Source: Octopus sinensis
Lineage: Eukaryota
Assembly: GCF_006345805.1 (NCBI RefSeq)
Contig: NC_042999.1
Coordinates: 71,920,001-71,984,000 of the forward strand
Direction: 5' to 3'
DNA: 64,000 bases
Notes under the pieces: generated by a model
What the model was told of the DNA's origin: nothing
The model's database searches: none
Seen by the model: only the letters and a program-made list of their open reading frames with translations
Position numbers and translations under genes: made by a program
Shown here: positions 1 to 14,300 of the stretch, piece after piece
How positions within the stretch are numbered: position 1 is the first letter of the stretch
Layout: every line of letters starts with the position of its first letter

Positions 1-436
1 TAATAATAATAAGTATTACTGTTATTACTACTGCTACCACCACCAGCACTGTTAGTGGGTGGTAGTAGCGTTGACCAAATAAACATTAACTCGATTGAAA
101 TGTAAAAGATTCTGGAGTAGCAATAGAATTCAATGAAAACAGAAATGTTGTTTCAAACATTCCAAAATATAGCCAAGCAATTATTCCTTTAAGTGTTGTC
201 AAAGTAAACAATCCTTGACATACCCACCAAACTGTAACGTCTAGGTCACATACTGATTGGTCGAATACATTTTGAACATAGTTGGTGTACTCACTATCCC
301 ATGCCATCTAAGTCACATGCTGATTGGTTAAAATACAGTTCGTAAGATTCAGCCTGCTGGACCCCGTCAGAGGTTATTTAAAGTATAAAAACAACCATTT
401 CGCTAGTTATCAATTGTGAAACACGATCGTCACTAT

Positions 437-478
437 ATAAACCTGATGAATGCGTAACGCATGAAAGTACTAGTTTAT
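437..478 (+). ncRNA. Minimal type-I hammerhead ribozyme (PLE-type)
   Basis: ATAAAC-CTGATGA-ATGCG-TAA-CGCAT-GAAA-GTAC-TA-GTTTAT: perfect 6-bp stem I, intact core, 5-bp stem II, palindromic stem III (AGTACT), CUA cleavage triplet. Confidence 0.85.
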
Positions 479-675
479 TTCAATAATGTAAAAAATAAAA
501 CGTGAAGATCAGACTAAGTTGGAATTTCATTGATTAATATATGCATCAACAAACAGGTATGGGAGATGAACCCACATCACCCAAGGAATCGGCTGAGTGT
601 TTTACCGTTCAGTTAAACGGCCCGCTGATACATCATACACTGATGTATAGGTTATTGAACAACCACGTGTGTGTG

Positions 676-898
676 TATATATAAACAGACTTACATTTGT
701 TTTTTATTAGAAGCGTCGAATGTGCATTGTACGATACAAACAAGTAGATGATGGCTGTTTGTTGAATTCTTCCACGTTGTAAGTGTAATTTACCCATTAT
801 TTCTGCTGCGTTCGAAATTATATTCCCTTCTTGATCGTACCGTATAACACACGTTTTGACGATTCTAACAAAAACAAATGTAAGTTTGTTTATATATA
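676..898. mobile_element. MITE-like element with ~55-bp imperfect TIRs in a TA context
   Basis: Left TATATATAAACAGACTTACATTTGTTTTTTATTAGAAGCGTC is the near reverse complement of right GACGATTCTAACAAAAACAAATGTAAGTTTGTTTATATATA. Confidence 0.65.
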
Positions 899-927
899 CA
901 TATGTAGTGGTTCAATAAGCTATTTAG

Positions 928-1516
928 ATACTGGAAAAGGGATAAGTATTTGCGAAGGGAACCTACTTTTCATCGACAACTGTAATTGTCATACGCTGAT
1001 GACGGGTCAATATCCAGAAACTCGAGTCCGTGTGTATCATAAGTTGAAGACGGGAAGGATGGCTTCCCTTTGCAAATACTGATAGGGCACAGAAAGTGTG
1101 TCTAAAGCCAGCTGGAGGAGGTGTCCTCCTGGGGCTACAAACTACAGTAGCATCCACCATTAGGGGTTAGCCATATTTAAATGGCAAATATACGTCACGA
1201 TGTGTTGCAGCTACTGTTTATAACTAGCTCTAAGATTTATTATTGCTTGATTACACCTTTTCGATATCAGTGTCTTTACAATACTGGAAAAGGGATAAGT
1301 ATTTGCGAAGGGAACCTACTTTTCATCGACAACTGTGATTGTCACATGCCGATGACGGGCAATAATGTAAAAAATAATGGCTTCCCTTTGTAAATACTGA
1401 TAGGGCACTGAAAGGGTGTCTAAAGCCAGCTGGAGGAGGTGTCCTCCTGGGGCTACAAACTACAGTAGCATCCACCATTAGGGGTTAGCCATATTTAAAT
1501 GGCAAATATACGTCAC
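928..1516 (+). repeat. Partial tandem duplication (unit ~353 bp) of an HHR-bearing repeat (PLE pLTR or retrozyme-like)
   Basis: 928-1198 is repeated nearly identically at 1281-1516. The second copy has lost the 3' half of the hammerhead. Confidence 0.85.
990..1034 (+). ncRNA. Minimal type-I hammerhead ribozyme with GUC site
   Basis: CATACG-CTGATGA-CGGGT-CAAT-ATCCA-GAAA-CTCGAG-TC-CGTGTG: 6-bp stem I (one G-U), intact core, palindromic stem III ACTCGAGT, GUC triplet. Confidence 0.85.
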
Positions 1517-1688
1517 AATAACTGTATCGCTATTAAATAATTGTGATAATTTAAGTTATATTTATATAGTCCAATATTTATTCTTAAAGTATAGTCTCTA
1601 AATACATTAGCAGCATCTTCCTAAGTCTATCAATCTGATTGACGTTTATCTCTGGTGAGTCCAAAATCTGTACAGACGAGTGCATTTA

Positions 1689-1732
<44 letters not shown>

Positions 1733-4700
1733 TACCTGCCAGACATCTTGGCTCAACTATGCGAGCCCATCACAAGATTGGATAAATATCAAATAGCTAA
1801 AAACGTGCTCAGCACCCCGCTCGCCCCACCGCTCATTCGTATATAACAATAATCGTATTAGAGAAATAGCTCCGTCATAAGAATTTGGACAAATAAAGGT
1901 ATGTTAGATACTATAAAAAAGTAAATACTTCGTTTATCGAAGTTATGTTCAGTTTTAGAGTCAGCAAAAATAAACACCAAGCGGAAAGTGTAATCGAAAC
2001 CAGGTGAAACATGTGTAAGTTTCGTTGGAGTGGGGTGGGGTGATAATCTCAAAAATAAAGCAATCATCGGAACTAACATGCCATTAAGAAACAGGTTCTG
2101 TTTCTACGAGCGTCTGTATGTGAGTGTGTATTTTTTCGTTGTAATTGCGAAAACGAAAACTAGAATAGAAATATCTTGATCTGTCGGAGATATATTACTG
2201 AAGGGGGAAAATGTTTGTGAAATGTAATTTTCGAACGAAGTCAAGTTGAACTTAATTTTTCAATCAAATGCTCCGTGAAATCCGAAATATTACTTCTTAA
2301 TTTTTTGGAAAAATAAAAAATCAATAAGAGCTTTCAAAATATCGAACAGTTTAGATTTTCAGTGGATCTCAGTGGGTTTACTAGATTCGTTTTTCATAAT
2401 GTTAATGTAATCACAAAATAAGCCAAAAAAAAAAGAGAATTCCAACAGTTGTACAGTATGTGTGCTGTGTACATATACATACGTGTATGTGTGTGGTATG
2501 AGTGTCTGTGCGTGTGTGTGAGTGTGTGAGTGAGTGCGTGTGCGCGTTTATAGATGAAGTATTTCATAGTTGATCCCCAATTAACATACTTTGTCTCAGT
2601 TCAATATTATTATCTGAAGTTGTTTTCTTTTTTTATCATCGTGATCAACGCCGATGATTTTCCAATCAGTTTTTATTTATTTATTTATTTATTTATTTAT
2701 TTCTGGTAACATCTGTAGTTGATATGTGCATCACTAATTAAACCTCGACTTCTGACCTGCAATTACATTGTTTGCTGCGAGTTATTTTTATATTGTGCGT
2801 ATTTAAGTTTTACATTTCCACTATATAAAAAATGGAAATCAGAAACTAAATCCAAACAATACAATATATAAGAATAAAATCTATGTAAGTGAATGTTTAA
2901 GAAGCAAAACAAACAGCAGCAAGTCAATAATGTGAGAGTTTACCTCTGAACATGACGCTCTATGAATACTAAGCTTTTAAAACCTCGGGGAATTCTGCTC
3001 GTAGAAAAGTCGTTTCAAAATTTGCTTAATAATAGTATTGCGTAGTATGTCGTTTTGTGGATTGAAGTTGAATTAGGTTACATGTACATCATGACAGTTT
3101 AGAATTCAGTAGTATCTATAGGTTCTTTTATGTGCTTAAGTGTTCATGGCTGTACGTGTTTGTGCGCGTCTGTGCATTTGTGAATATGTATGTATACATG
3201 TTTCTTAATGTATCTGTGCCAATGTGACGAGGAAATAAACTAGCTGAATGTTTGAATAATTTGCATCTATCGTTGTTACTGGTTGTTTGTTTTTTTCTGC
3301 TGTTGTTGTGAGGGGCTAGTGTTTTCATTTGCCAATGAATGGGTGTTACACAGGTAACAGATTTATTGCTATTTTGCTGTTGTTGATCTTCACATACTGA
3401 GTGCCAGCTGTTTGTTGTGAGTAATGTTAAATGTATATGTTACGGAGTTACGTTTAATGGTGTTTCTAATATATGTGAGAACAGCTGATATTACATCCGA
3501 GAGAAAATCAGATTTACCGACCATTTCTATCTCTACATCGACTAGTTGATGCGATGCACTTTTTAAATTGTCGGCTTAGCAGAACCGAAAATAATCACCT
3601 TGAAATGTAAGGCACAGCTAATAAGTATCTATCAGCAGATTGAGGTTGCAAAATATGCTAAACGTGTTTTTTCTATAGTCATCTATTTCCAAATGTATGA
3701 ATTCTACTAAAATGCTATTTGCTACCTAAATTACAGGGAGAAGAGATTCTCGTTGTTGCAGCAATATCTATTATATAACAGCTGACTGTTTTGTAATCAG
3801 ATTCAGAATGTTCTTATCATTTGGATTTAGACGTAATTTTCAGTGGTTTTCAAGCAAAACTGCATTATAAAAGAAACAGTTCGGTAACATACCAACGCTG
3901 TGGTCATTGTTCAGCTTCTTTTACCTCATTTTTTGAGTCTCCGGTTAGTTTAAATCCTTCCTGTACATGCTACAATTCTGCTATATTGACATGCTACGTT
4001 ATTCTTCATGCACATCACACACTTCACCGTTGACTTTATAGACAATATGGGCGTGATTTTGGAGTTCTTTTGTTTTATTTTCACTTAATCAGTCACAGAA
4101 TTTTCATTGCCTATGACGCATTTTGGCGCCTCCAAAACTCATCGGAAGAAAAGTAAAAGCTATCTGTAGGAGAAAGATCTGGCCCGAACGCTTGCAATAA
4201 ATTTGACTCCACTAAAGTCACCCTAATGCTAGACGATAGCATTAAACTGGGTGACAGGAACTCTCCCTGCACCGGGCTTGCACAGAATTTTCATTTACCA
4301 AATTTCAATGAACCTAGTCGGCATGAAGCTATAGCAAAGACAACTTCTTATTGTACCGAGTAATAAGATTAAATCGAAAACTAAGTAAATGCAAAGTAAA
4401 ATTTTTGACTACATATCTAGGTCTGTTATAATTGATAGAATAAATCTCATGAATATTATAAAATATATTTTTACTGCTGATCTTATATCAATTATCTACT
4501 CACTATTCGTTGCAAGGTTTACACTGTACTCATTAAATGAAGATAAAATCTAGCAGATGAGAAAGTTTCATGAACTGGTTATTATATCCCATTGAAGCAG
4601 GTACGCTTTTTTAAAGTACTAATAACCATGAAGATTCAATCGATCGTCTCTCCAATAAAACGAATAACGTTTCCGCTCAGTTTTTATAAAATTTATTCCA

Positions 4701-5899
4701 TCTGAAGTGTTTGTGTCAGTAGCTTTCCTCCACTTAATAAACACAATAACCTTAATTGGAAGCTTAAACTGAGTTCACTTCCTCGCTAAAATGATGAAAG
4801 TTTATGAAGTCTTTGAAAACATAATTATATCATAATTAAGGTATTAAGGAGGTTCATTTGAAATTGCTAAATAACTTTCTTTCCTGCTATGTTAACAAAT
4901 TTAATCAGTTGAGAATATTTCTACTTGTAAATATTAAATAATGAGGTTGAAATTAGAAATCTTCTTTGAATAACATATTTTGTCTCCTAAAGGCTGTTTA
5001 CAATTTGATTATATATTGCTAAGAGGCGAAACGATTTTTGATGTAAAGAAATGCTGCTAACATTCAACTAAAACACTGAGAAAATTATTTGGCTTGAACC
5101 CATAGAGAATATACAATAATGAAATGACAATTGCGAATACACATCTGTTTTCAAGTTACAATTGTGGCGAAATTCATCTGATTTATCACTCTACAGAAAA
5201 ATATATAAAACAGAAGAATGAATTACATGCATGATAGTAACTAATTGCTAATTAAGATTTCCAGCTAATTATCTTTTTTCTATCTTCCCCAAATACGGTA
5301 GTTATAAAGAAAGAGCACTTGAAATGTGTGAAAAGAGTTAACTGTTAATTAAAACTAAAACTCCTCATCCTTCTCCTTAATATATTCAAAGCCAATGCAA
5401 TTGCCCTTGCGAATTTCATTAATTATGCTTTCGTTATGATACAAGCTGCTTTAGGAATAAACATCAAAAAGGTAGTGAAAACAATAATTATGAGAATTGT
5501 TGTTCCTAACAAAACCCACCTTAAAAAACTCTTCAAATACTTTTATGGCACAGAAGGTTTCGCCGAGATTCAACTTCTGCAAATCCTTTACAGTTTAATG
5601 TTTTGACAGACATGCAGTGAATTGAAATAGCTTCGTACTTGGTTATTCTGTTGGCATGAACGACTTGGATGTTGTACCGTTCATTAGCTGTACTAACATT
5701 GTAGTTACAGGTACACTGTTCTTTGATACATGATACACTTACGACAAGCGTGAGTTTTCTATTTTGTTAATAATTACAATGCAGTACATTGAAGTGACCA
5801 GCAGTTAGATTTATATTTATGAACACTCGCTGATCATGTAGAACTAAATTTTTCCAAGATTTTTTTAACATTTTTATACCATTGTCTGTCTTTGGTGAT

Positions 5900-6650
5900 A
5901 GAGGATCTAGTTGTCGTGGATATCCCTCACTGAAGAAGATAATTATCTCCTTTTCTCTTTAGAGAATTCATTACTGATTGAACAATTCAAGTCTTGATTG
6001 CTGAATTTTTTCACACCGGACACAACCTGTGGTCATGAAAAGTTTTGTAAGACTAGATTCTGCTGCACTTCCTTCTCTCGTTCATTTTCAGTTCAAGATA
6101 TTCAGAGATCTTTCCATTCTCAAAGTGTGTCTCTTTGAGTGACTGAGTTGTTCGGCCTTAAACGGTTATCACTTCTTGCGGTAATTTTTTTTCTGTTTAA
6201 TGTGGAAGGACTAAGTACTCAAGGTTCACAATTCTACTCCCGACGTTCCTCACTGAGTGTGCTAAAAGTGTAAAGACTTCACATCACAAAGATCGTTGTG
6301 ACCCCTGTGGCTGAACAAATACATTGAGAATATGTTTATATGCCATTTCTCGTCGGTAAAATCCAATCATTGTGTAGTTCCAATTGCAAAAGTAACCCGG
6401 AAGAAAGGAATCGACCAGTTGATGCGGCCTTCTTCTAACTTTATAGACGTTGAATAACGATGATAGTTATCTTCGTGTGCCCCAGCGTTGAGGTCTTCGG
6501 CGGTTTAACTCACTTAATCTGCTATTTCCGCCACAAAGTTGCCATTATGGTGACTTCAGACTGCATCGCTTGAGGTGTGAGTGAAGCTGGTAGGCCTTCT
6601 CACTGCGGCAAGATGTCAATTCTGAGAAAAGGATAATTAGACTGTATCGG
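5900..6650 (-). mobile_element. Highly degenerate Gypsy-like integrase relic (approximate limits)
   Basis: Minus-strand fragments resemble the integrase C-terminal NWxxxLPxVTFAxxT...GFxPxE pattern. Many stops and frameshifts. Confidence 0.3.
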
Positions 6651-8365
6651 TGACGAAGAAAATATATTAGGAAAATGCTTATTATTCGCTAGTAGTACGG
6701 TATACAATATTTTCGATGAATTTTAAAGAATGTGTATGTGTGTATCAATATCTGTCTGCGCGGGTGTATGCTCGTGCGTGTGTGTGTTTGTGTGTATGTG
6801 TGTGTTTGTGTGTTTGTGTGGTCTTTCAGCATTAGTACTCCAAGCTAAAGAAGTAGTCACTAATTAAAAGCTCTACTACTTATGTCAGTTAACTGTAGTG
6901 CACCACTCCATGTACGACCCTATAAAAGTACTAAGGTACTGAGATATTTTATTATCCTTACAGCAAAGTATTATTAATTTATCATATATTTTAATTAAGT
7001 GCAATAATCTTAACTTGACTGTTCTTTGTCAGATAACTTGGTTAAAACGTTCTTTCCAAAAAGCATTTCACATAGACGAAAACGAAATCTATATATATAC
7101 CGAGGTATAAAGTCTAAATAAGATTCCTTGATCAATAAATGATTATATAAGTAACTGACCATCCGTTTAATATTGATGAAAATGATATATATTCATGTTT
7201 CGTAAGGTAAGTATATGCCCTCATGTTTTGCGCAAGGCCATTTTGACCTTCAGTAAATGTATCCTAGGTTCTCAATCTTATAGTTTTAACTTCTAAGTTG
7301 TCTTTCTCTTCTTTGTAATATATATTTTCTTTATATATTTAGGTTTGTGTCGTTACCTCACACTATGTATTTCACTGTCTTTATCGACATTTTAACATCT
7401 GAATTGATTTTTATCTGAATCAATTTTAAGAAAAGACAGATGTAATATTTTAGTACAGTCGATGTTTTTATTTTTTGTATCTCTCTCATCTCATACATAA
7501 TTTAATAATATGTCATTTCCCTATAAAAGCGTCAGATGAATAGATAATGAACAGACGCACAGCCATGTACAGACGAAGACACATACAAACTATTATACCT
7601 ACGTTCATATCAAATTTATGTATCTAAAGAACGCGTTCATACTGTGTAATATAGTATTGATCATTTGATTCTTCATATTGTTTACTCTTATTTGTGACTT
7701 GCAAACTAATGTGTGTAATTGAATTTTAAATTCTAAATTCTAAAAGTATATTTGCATTTTTTGTAACCCTCCTTCTTTAATCAGATTATCATATTGCTAA
7801 AATATTATGAACTAATGATCTCATAGAAGGAAACTGTTAGAAAGAATATTTATGATTACCTGTGATATTAACTTGTTTCAGTAAACTCATAAGTGGTTAT
7901 TCAATCTGCTAGGAATAACAGCCCATTTCGATTGAGTGGGAGATGTGAAAATCGTTTTTAAAATAAAATGTGTTAAGCTCTAACGGGAGAAATTTTTCAT
8001 GCAGTGGGCGGAAATGCGATTCATGGGGGCATTGTCATGTGAATTTTCCTATATTTTACTTAATTGTAATTTTAAATAAACTCAAACTAAATTTGAGAAC
8101 TTAAAGGCATGAGTAAGATTCTATCGTTTGGCATCAAATTATAAAAGATTTGACTCGCTTATAGCGAAATATTAAGCTAAACTTTAGATAAACATTAGGC
8201 TTTGGTAAATTTGATCGAAATCAAATATATTAAATTATTATATAATCAAATGAAAATGAACTAAGAAAATTAATTCATTAATTCAGAGAGGCCAGTAGAA
8301 TGTATTTGAACAATAAAATTATATCTGCTCCTGTTCGGAACAGGAGGAAACACGCGGGATGGAGG

Positions 8366-8409
8366 GTCACTGAAGAAGTCACAGGATATGTGCCGAAAGA
8401 TTTCCAGAC
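8366..8409 (+). ncRNA. Degenerate hammerhead motif in a short PLE-like tail abutting (TA)n
   Basis: GTCA-CTGAAGA-AGTCACA-GGATA-TGTGCC-GAAA-GATTT-CC-AGAC. Core intact, stems with mismatches. (TA)n begins about 90 bp downstream. Confidence 0.5.
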
Positions 8410-8499
8410 AGAGGACATAGAATAAGAACAATAATAAACAAGTGAAGGATTAATATATAGTGCAAGAGAAAATGACTACCCCGAAATATAACAATATAC

Positions 8500-8607
<108 letters not shown>

Positions 8608-10205
8608 TCACACACACATATACACATGTGAATGTATGTGCCTGTGCATAATCAGGTGCATCTATAATTGAGTATTTATGTATCTTTATACATGCAAAAC
8701 ACATATGTATATGTAGGTATTCTTAACCAAAATATTTGATAAAGTCGTCAATATCCACGTAAAAATTGTAGCCAAATCGCTATCGAATCACATCTTAGCA
8801 CTGGATGTAAAGCAGCAGACATTCCACAATGAAGAAGCAAATACAAAAATGAACTGTTGTTACAGTTCGAAATCTTTGATCATATATCTTCTCTATTTCA
8901 TCGGAGTATGACGAGTGTAGCAGAATAACAGATTGCATTTTGTAGCTTCCCGGGTTCGGAGCAAATTGCTTTCACATTTATGTTTTTTCATGCCCGAAGA
9001 GAATAAACAAACACAATTATAATCATATCTATATATGTATGCATGCATAGCAGCCATGGCGAAATGTTTGCTCACTTTTAGTGAATAGGTTTAGTTGCGT
9101 GTCGGAACAAATTGTTTTGGCCTTGCTAATTACCCTATCGAAAGACATGCGAGGCAATTCTTTTATTTCCTTACGATCTTACAGTCTGAAGTTTACAAAA
9201 ACTTCTCCTTCATTACGAAACTCTACTTTTTCGAGTAAAGGGAAGTGAACTAATAATAATTGGTAATACATGTTTAATGATATTTACAAGAATATGTTAT
9301 TAGTGTATACCAATCGGGTTACATTAAACACTTGGTAGAAAAAACATTTGTGTCAAATTAAAATGCAGTCAAAAATATTGGTTTCAAATAGTCGGAAATG
9401 TTATGGGCTTCTTTCGCTTTTATACAATTTTACATCTTTCTTTGTCAGAAAACATAAATATAGAATATGAATTATTTCTAGCTTTCTTTGTAAAACTCCA
9501 AAACTCTTTTTCTTTGCATGAATAGCAAAATACAATTTAAGGGAAATAATTCGAGCTGATGGCATAAATTTATGTAAATGTGGTAGGTGGTGAACGACAG
9601 AGTAAACTGATGACGAACTGCAATCGTTCTGCTTTTGCTTTTATTCTTTCTTTTTTTTTCATTTTGGCCTTTTTACAACTTGCTTTTCTTCCGATATAAT
9701 TCTTGCAGATGTTATGGATACATTTGAAACGATGTCGATTTTAGTTTATTTTTGTACCTTAGATAAACTAAATATTTTCTGCCCCATAACAAAAACGTTT
9801 ATACAAGTGACCCATGAATACGCATCCTTCACTTATCCGAATTAAATGACCATATCAATTGTGATTAGTAGCGAATAACTTCAATACCTTGGAAGCAACA
9901 TGTATGGAAAAGGTCAACGTTAGAGGCTGGCGTTGCAAGTACGCCTAGAGATATTCCATATATTTACCTTTCATGGATAGTATGCAATTATCATGCTACA
10001 TAGACTACAAGAAGAAGTCTTTGACTAAGATTCATTGAGTATGAAGCACACAAGTTTTGTTTCAACATGGAATCCCACTCGTTACAGACACGGTAGTGCA
10101 ATTAACCAAAAGATTTTGTTGCATTCGTAACTATTTACGATCTCTTTATCCATAGAATCACTTTCATTAATTCTATCACCCAAATAGGGAGGGGACCTAT
10201 ATATA

Positions 10206-10357
<152 letters not shown>

Positions 10358-10366
10358 GTATGTATC

Positions 10367-10572
10367 TTGGTTTCAAATTTCGGCACCGGCCAGCAGTTTC
10401 GTAGAAAGGGCTAAGTCGGTTACATCGACCCCAGTACTCAACTAATACTGATTTTATCAACCTGGAAAGAATGAAAGGCAAAACTGACCTTTGCGGAATT
10501 TAGACTCAGAACGTGAAGCCGGGCGCTAAGAGTTTGCCCGGCATGCTAACGATTCTGCCAGTACGCCGCCTT
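10367..10572 (-). mobile_element. tRNA-derived SINE family B (Meta-domain-like core)
   Basis: Minus strand begins AAGGCGGCG..TGGCAGAATCGTTAGC, then a B-box-like GAGTCTAAATTCC and GCCTTTCAT..GATAAAAT. A second degenerate copy follows at ~10670-10872. Confidence 0.85.
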
Positions 10573-11696
10573 CTATGATCTTATATATATTAGATTATAA
10601 CCACTTGTGCGTAATTTGTTGAGAAAAATAAATGTAGGCGACATGTGTTTTCCTCCCTTCATTATGTGTTTTTAACTTAGGTACAAAGCCAGACAAGTTT
10701 GGGTGGGGAGTTTGTCGATCTGCCTCCAGTGCCTAATTCGTCAGCGAGTTATCATCTCCGGAACAATGAAAGATAAATTTGACGGCGATGGGATTTGAAC
10801 TCAGACGTAAGATCAGAAGAAATACCGCAAGCATTTTGTCCGATATTTTAACGATTCAGCATAACGACGGCTTTTATATACATACCTACATATATACATG
10901 CACATACGCGCGCGCACACACACACACATATGTATATGTACATACGTACACACACACACGCACATATGTATATGTACATACGCACAGACACACACAGCAC
11001 ATATATATATATATGTATATATATATGTATATATATATGAGTGAGTATGTCCATATATTACGTGTTTGTGTAGTAGATTACAAGCATTTGTAATGTTTAT
11101 TTTTCAAATGTATGAATCTTCATTATATTTTTGATTCCTTATTCTTGTGTTAATTACATATGGAACTTTGCAGTAATTACCGCTTTATTCTTTTGTATAT
11201 TCATATCAGTTTTCTTTATTACTGAATTTAATTGATATTGCGAATCTAATAACAAATTGTAATTAATCACAGCTTTAAGTGTTTATTTTAGTTTTTATCT
11301 TCAAACCACTGATATTTTTTTATTTCTATCACTGTGCTTAATTCGTGATACTCAATGCAAATATCCAAGTATTGACTCTTGTGAATTCAATGCATATAAA
11401 AATGGCGTAAACAAACACCTTCCTTTTGGTTACCATGGAGTTGATAGATAATGCGTTTTTCTCGCAAAGAGCTATTGTTTGGAAAACCGATTCAACCAAA
11501 TCAGATGATAGAAGCACAGATTTTGCCAACAAGTTGCTACTGACAGCCTATGAGAAAAACAGATATTCTTCATCACGACTTTGTCACAAAGTTTGTGACC
11601 GAAGGCAAACCGCATGACTATTACTAGTTCTTTATTTAACTTTCTGGTGTCGTGGGTGCTATTCACTAAGAAACCCAGCTCGTATATTTATAAAAT

Positions 11697-12017
11697 CAAG
11701 GCTTCTCAATCAATTTATATCTATTGACCCTTTGATTATTGTCTTATTCTGATGGACCACCATAACCATTTGACATTTAAAAGCTAATTTTATAGAAACT
11801 TCCTTCAAAATCCTTATTCTTTATTTTACTCATTAACTTGCATAGGTTGTTTCTTGCAATACATACCATGACATGCATCTAAAGTAAAAAAATTTTCAAG
11901 GACCCTTAAAATACTATTGTGGTTCTCAAATTAATTATTTTGTTGCGTGGACCCCGCTGCTCCCAAAAAAATGTAATGGATCCTAAGGAGCCATACGGAC
12001 ACCGGTTGAGAACTCCT
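11697..12017. mobile_element. hAT (Charlie-like) non-autonomous element
   Basis: Ends CAAGGCTTCTCAATC ... GGTTGAGAACTCCT resemble CAGGGGTTCTCAACC TIRs. Internal repeated GGACC/GACCC subterminal motifs. Confidence 0.5.
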
Positions 12018-12738
12018 ATCCTAAATAATAAAGAAATGTAAAATTCCAGGAAACTATTGACCTTTTGAAATTGTAATAAAGTTACTAATATTAGACACTC
12101 CTTTCTCTAATGTCAGGATTGACATATAGACTAGCACAAGAACTTCTCTTCCATAGATTTTGTCGGGCTGTAGTGTTTACTTTACTATGTTTCTGTTAGT
12201 ATCGGTTTCATTTCAACTCGTGAAATTAAATTTATTTTATTCTTTTACATACATGCATAACTTCATTAAGTTGTGCTTTCCAAGCGTTTAGGAATAAATG
12301 TGAAATACTTAATGTCATTATATTAGCAATTTAATTTGGCATCCTCTTATTCTATTGGCTTTAACATATACTGAATTCATATTTAATAATGGAAATTCCT
12401 TCAGAGCATCATGAATCGTGTTATAAAAAGAAGATATGCTATAAATGTCTATATCTGCAAAACCGCCCCAGCCCACTAATAATATAAGGAACTACCATAA
12501 ATGTATACATTGTTCAGTTGGAAATAATTATGTATACCATCTATGCGTTGTTGGTCAGAAAAATACTCTATACCCTCGAAGGGATTAAAGATAGTTTTAT
12601 TTTGGTCGAATAAATTCCCATGCGTGCACAAAACGTAGCAAGAGACTTACTCGCCAAAAGTAAATAATATAATACAATATAATATAATATAATATAATAT
12701 AATATAATATAATATAATATACAATCAGTATACACACA

Positions 12739-12783
<45 letters not shown>

Positions 12784-13295
12784 GCAGATTTATTATTGCT
12801 ATATATATATATATATATATGCATGCGCAAGCGTGTGTAATTGTAAGTTTGTGTGTGTTTGAGTACGTGTGTGTGTGTTTGTTGTGTGCATGTATCGATG
12901 TGTCGTGTCTTTGTGTATCTGTTTGTGTATGCAGGTATTCCATTATATGCGCATTGAATAGTGTGAAGACATAATCGATAGATATTTGTATATTTGTTCC
13001 ATGTCCATGTAAGCGTTTCACGCAGCAGATAACTATGTATGAATGAGTTGCAGATGTCATCCTCATCAACTGAGATCAAGAAGTCCTTGATAACTGAATA
13101 TGTACCGTTATAAGGTTTTGAGTTGCTTATGAAATGTTGTCTCGACTCGTACAATCTTTGTCGATCCCCAAGGCTCTGTTCCTAGCAGCAAGATTCTGAT
13201 ACATGCCTCTTCACTCTGAAATAATGCAATGAGCATTGATTTAAGTTAACGGAAGTTCAATTAAAAGAAGAGTGAATTTCTAAAGCCATTTTTGT

Positions 13296-14300
13296 ACAGG
13301 GGTACTTGCGTGGCGGGAATTATGCGTTTCTGAAAACTAATCTTTACGTGAAATTCCAGTAAAGTGAAAATATTTTCCTATTGATTCGTTTCAAGAGATA
13401 CTTTTTAGAAAATAACTAAAAGTCAGAAACCTGACCGCCTTTATTCATGAAAGTAACAACTGTCAATACTGATCCGGTTGTGTATAGACGATGTTGATTG
13501 CTGTGTGGGGGAGGCGGAATGAGAATCGTTGTGATGATAAGGGACACTATCTTCTATCTTATTATTCATCATCAACATTTATTCGAGGTGCAAATAACTT
13601 ATCCAAAGTTATTTGATATTCATGTCTCTTCATTTGTTTCTATAGTTCAGTGTAGAAATTAAGCTTATTGTATACTCAAAGTAGAAACAACACTCGTAAG
13701 TTTTATATTCCGTTCACGTTTAGCATCAACAAAACATCTTATGACTCTTCCACTATATATACCAACCTTTTAACAATATTCTTGAAGTCAGTGTAAGAAG
13801 AATCGTTGGAAGTTCCGTATTGCTCTTGTTCTAGCGGCATCAGATAAAATTTCTCTTTGGAACACACGCAGCTTAATTACATCTTCTACAGCTTCTTGAA
13901 ACTCTATAACATTTACAGGGGTCATTAATATCTGTATTTTTGTATTTAACGACTTTCTGCTTTTGGAAAACTATCTGGACATGCACTTTTCGATACACCA
14001 TTTAAACTTGCGGATTTTGTTGTAATGTTATCTACAGCAACTATTATGTCGAACTTCTTCCAAAAGTCCCCAACAGTAACTTTATTCTCAGCAGCATTTG
14101 CTTTCATAAGTTGTTCGAAAGTTCTTGCCAGAAAATATAGCTTGAAGTTGTCTACCACACCTTGATCCATGAACTTCAGAAAACAAGTTGCTTTCTCACA
14201 TTATCAGAAATCTAAGTCAATTTCACTGTGTGGTTGGGTGCATTTTCTAAAATGTTCAATGTTTTGTTGGGAATGTGTCTGGCTCTCTAACTTTCTACAG
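13296..14300 (-). mobile_element. pogo/Tigger-type DNA transposon relic (DDE_1 fragment)
   Basis: ORF 13946-14170 MDQGVVDNFKLYFLARTFEQL...DFWKKFDI matches the Tigger QPMDQGVI..FK..Y pattern. Limits approximate. Confidence 0.7.

Noticed and set aside
86-307. 73-aa minus-strand ORF with a hydrophobic stretch
   Set aside because: No motif or splice support. It lies just upstream of an HHR, probably in repeat sequence.
5929-5950. CTGAAGA followed by a small hairpin
   Set aside because: No GAAA or stem III/I, so not a hammerhead.
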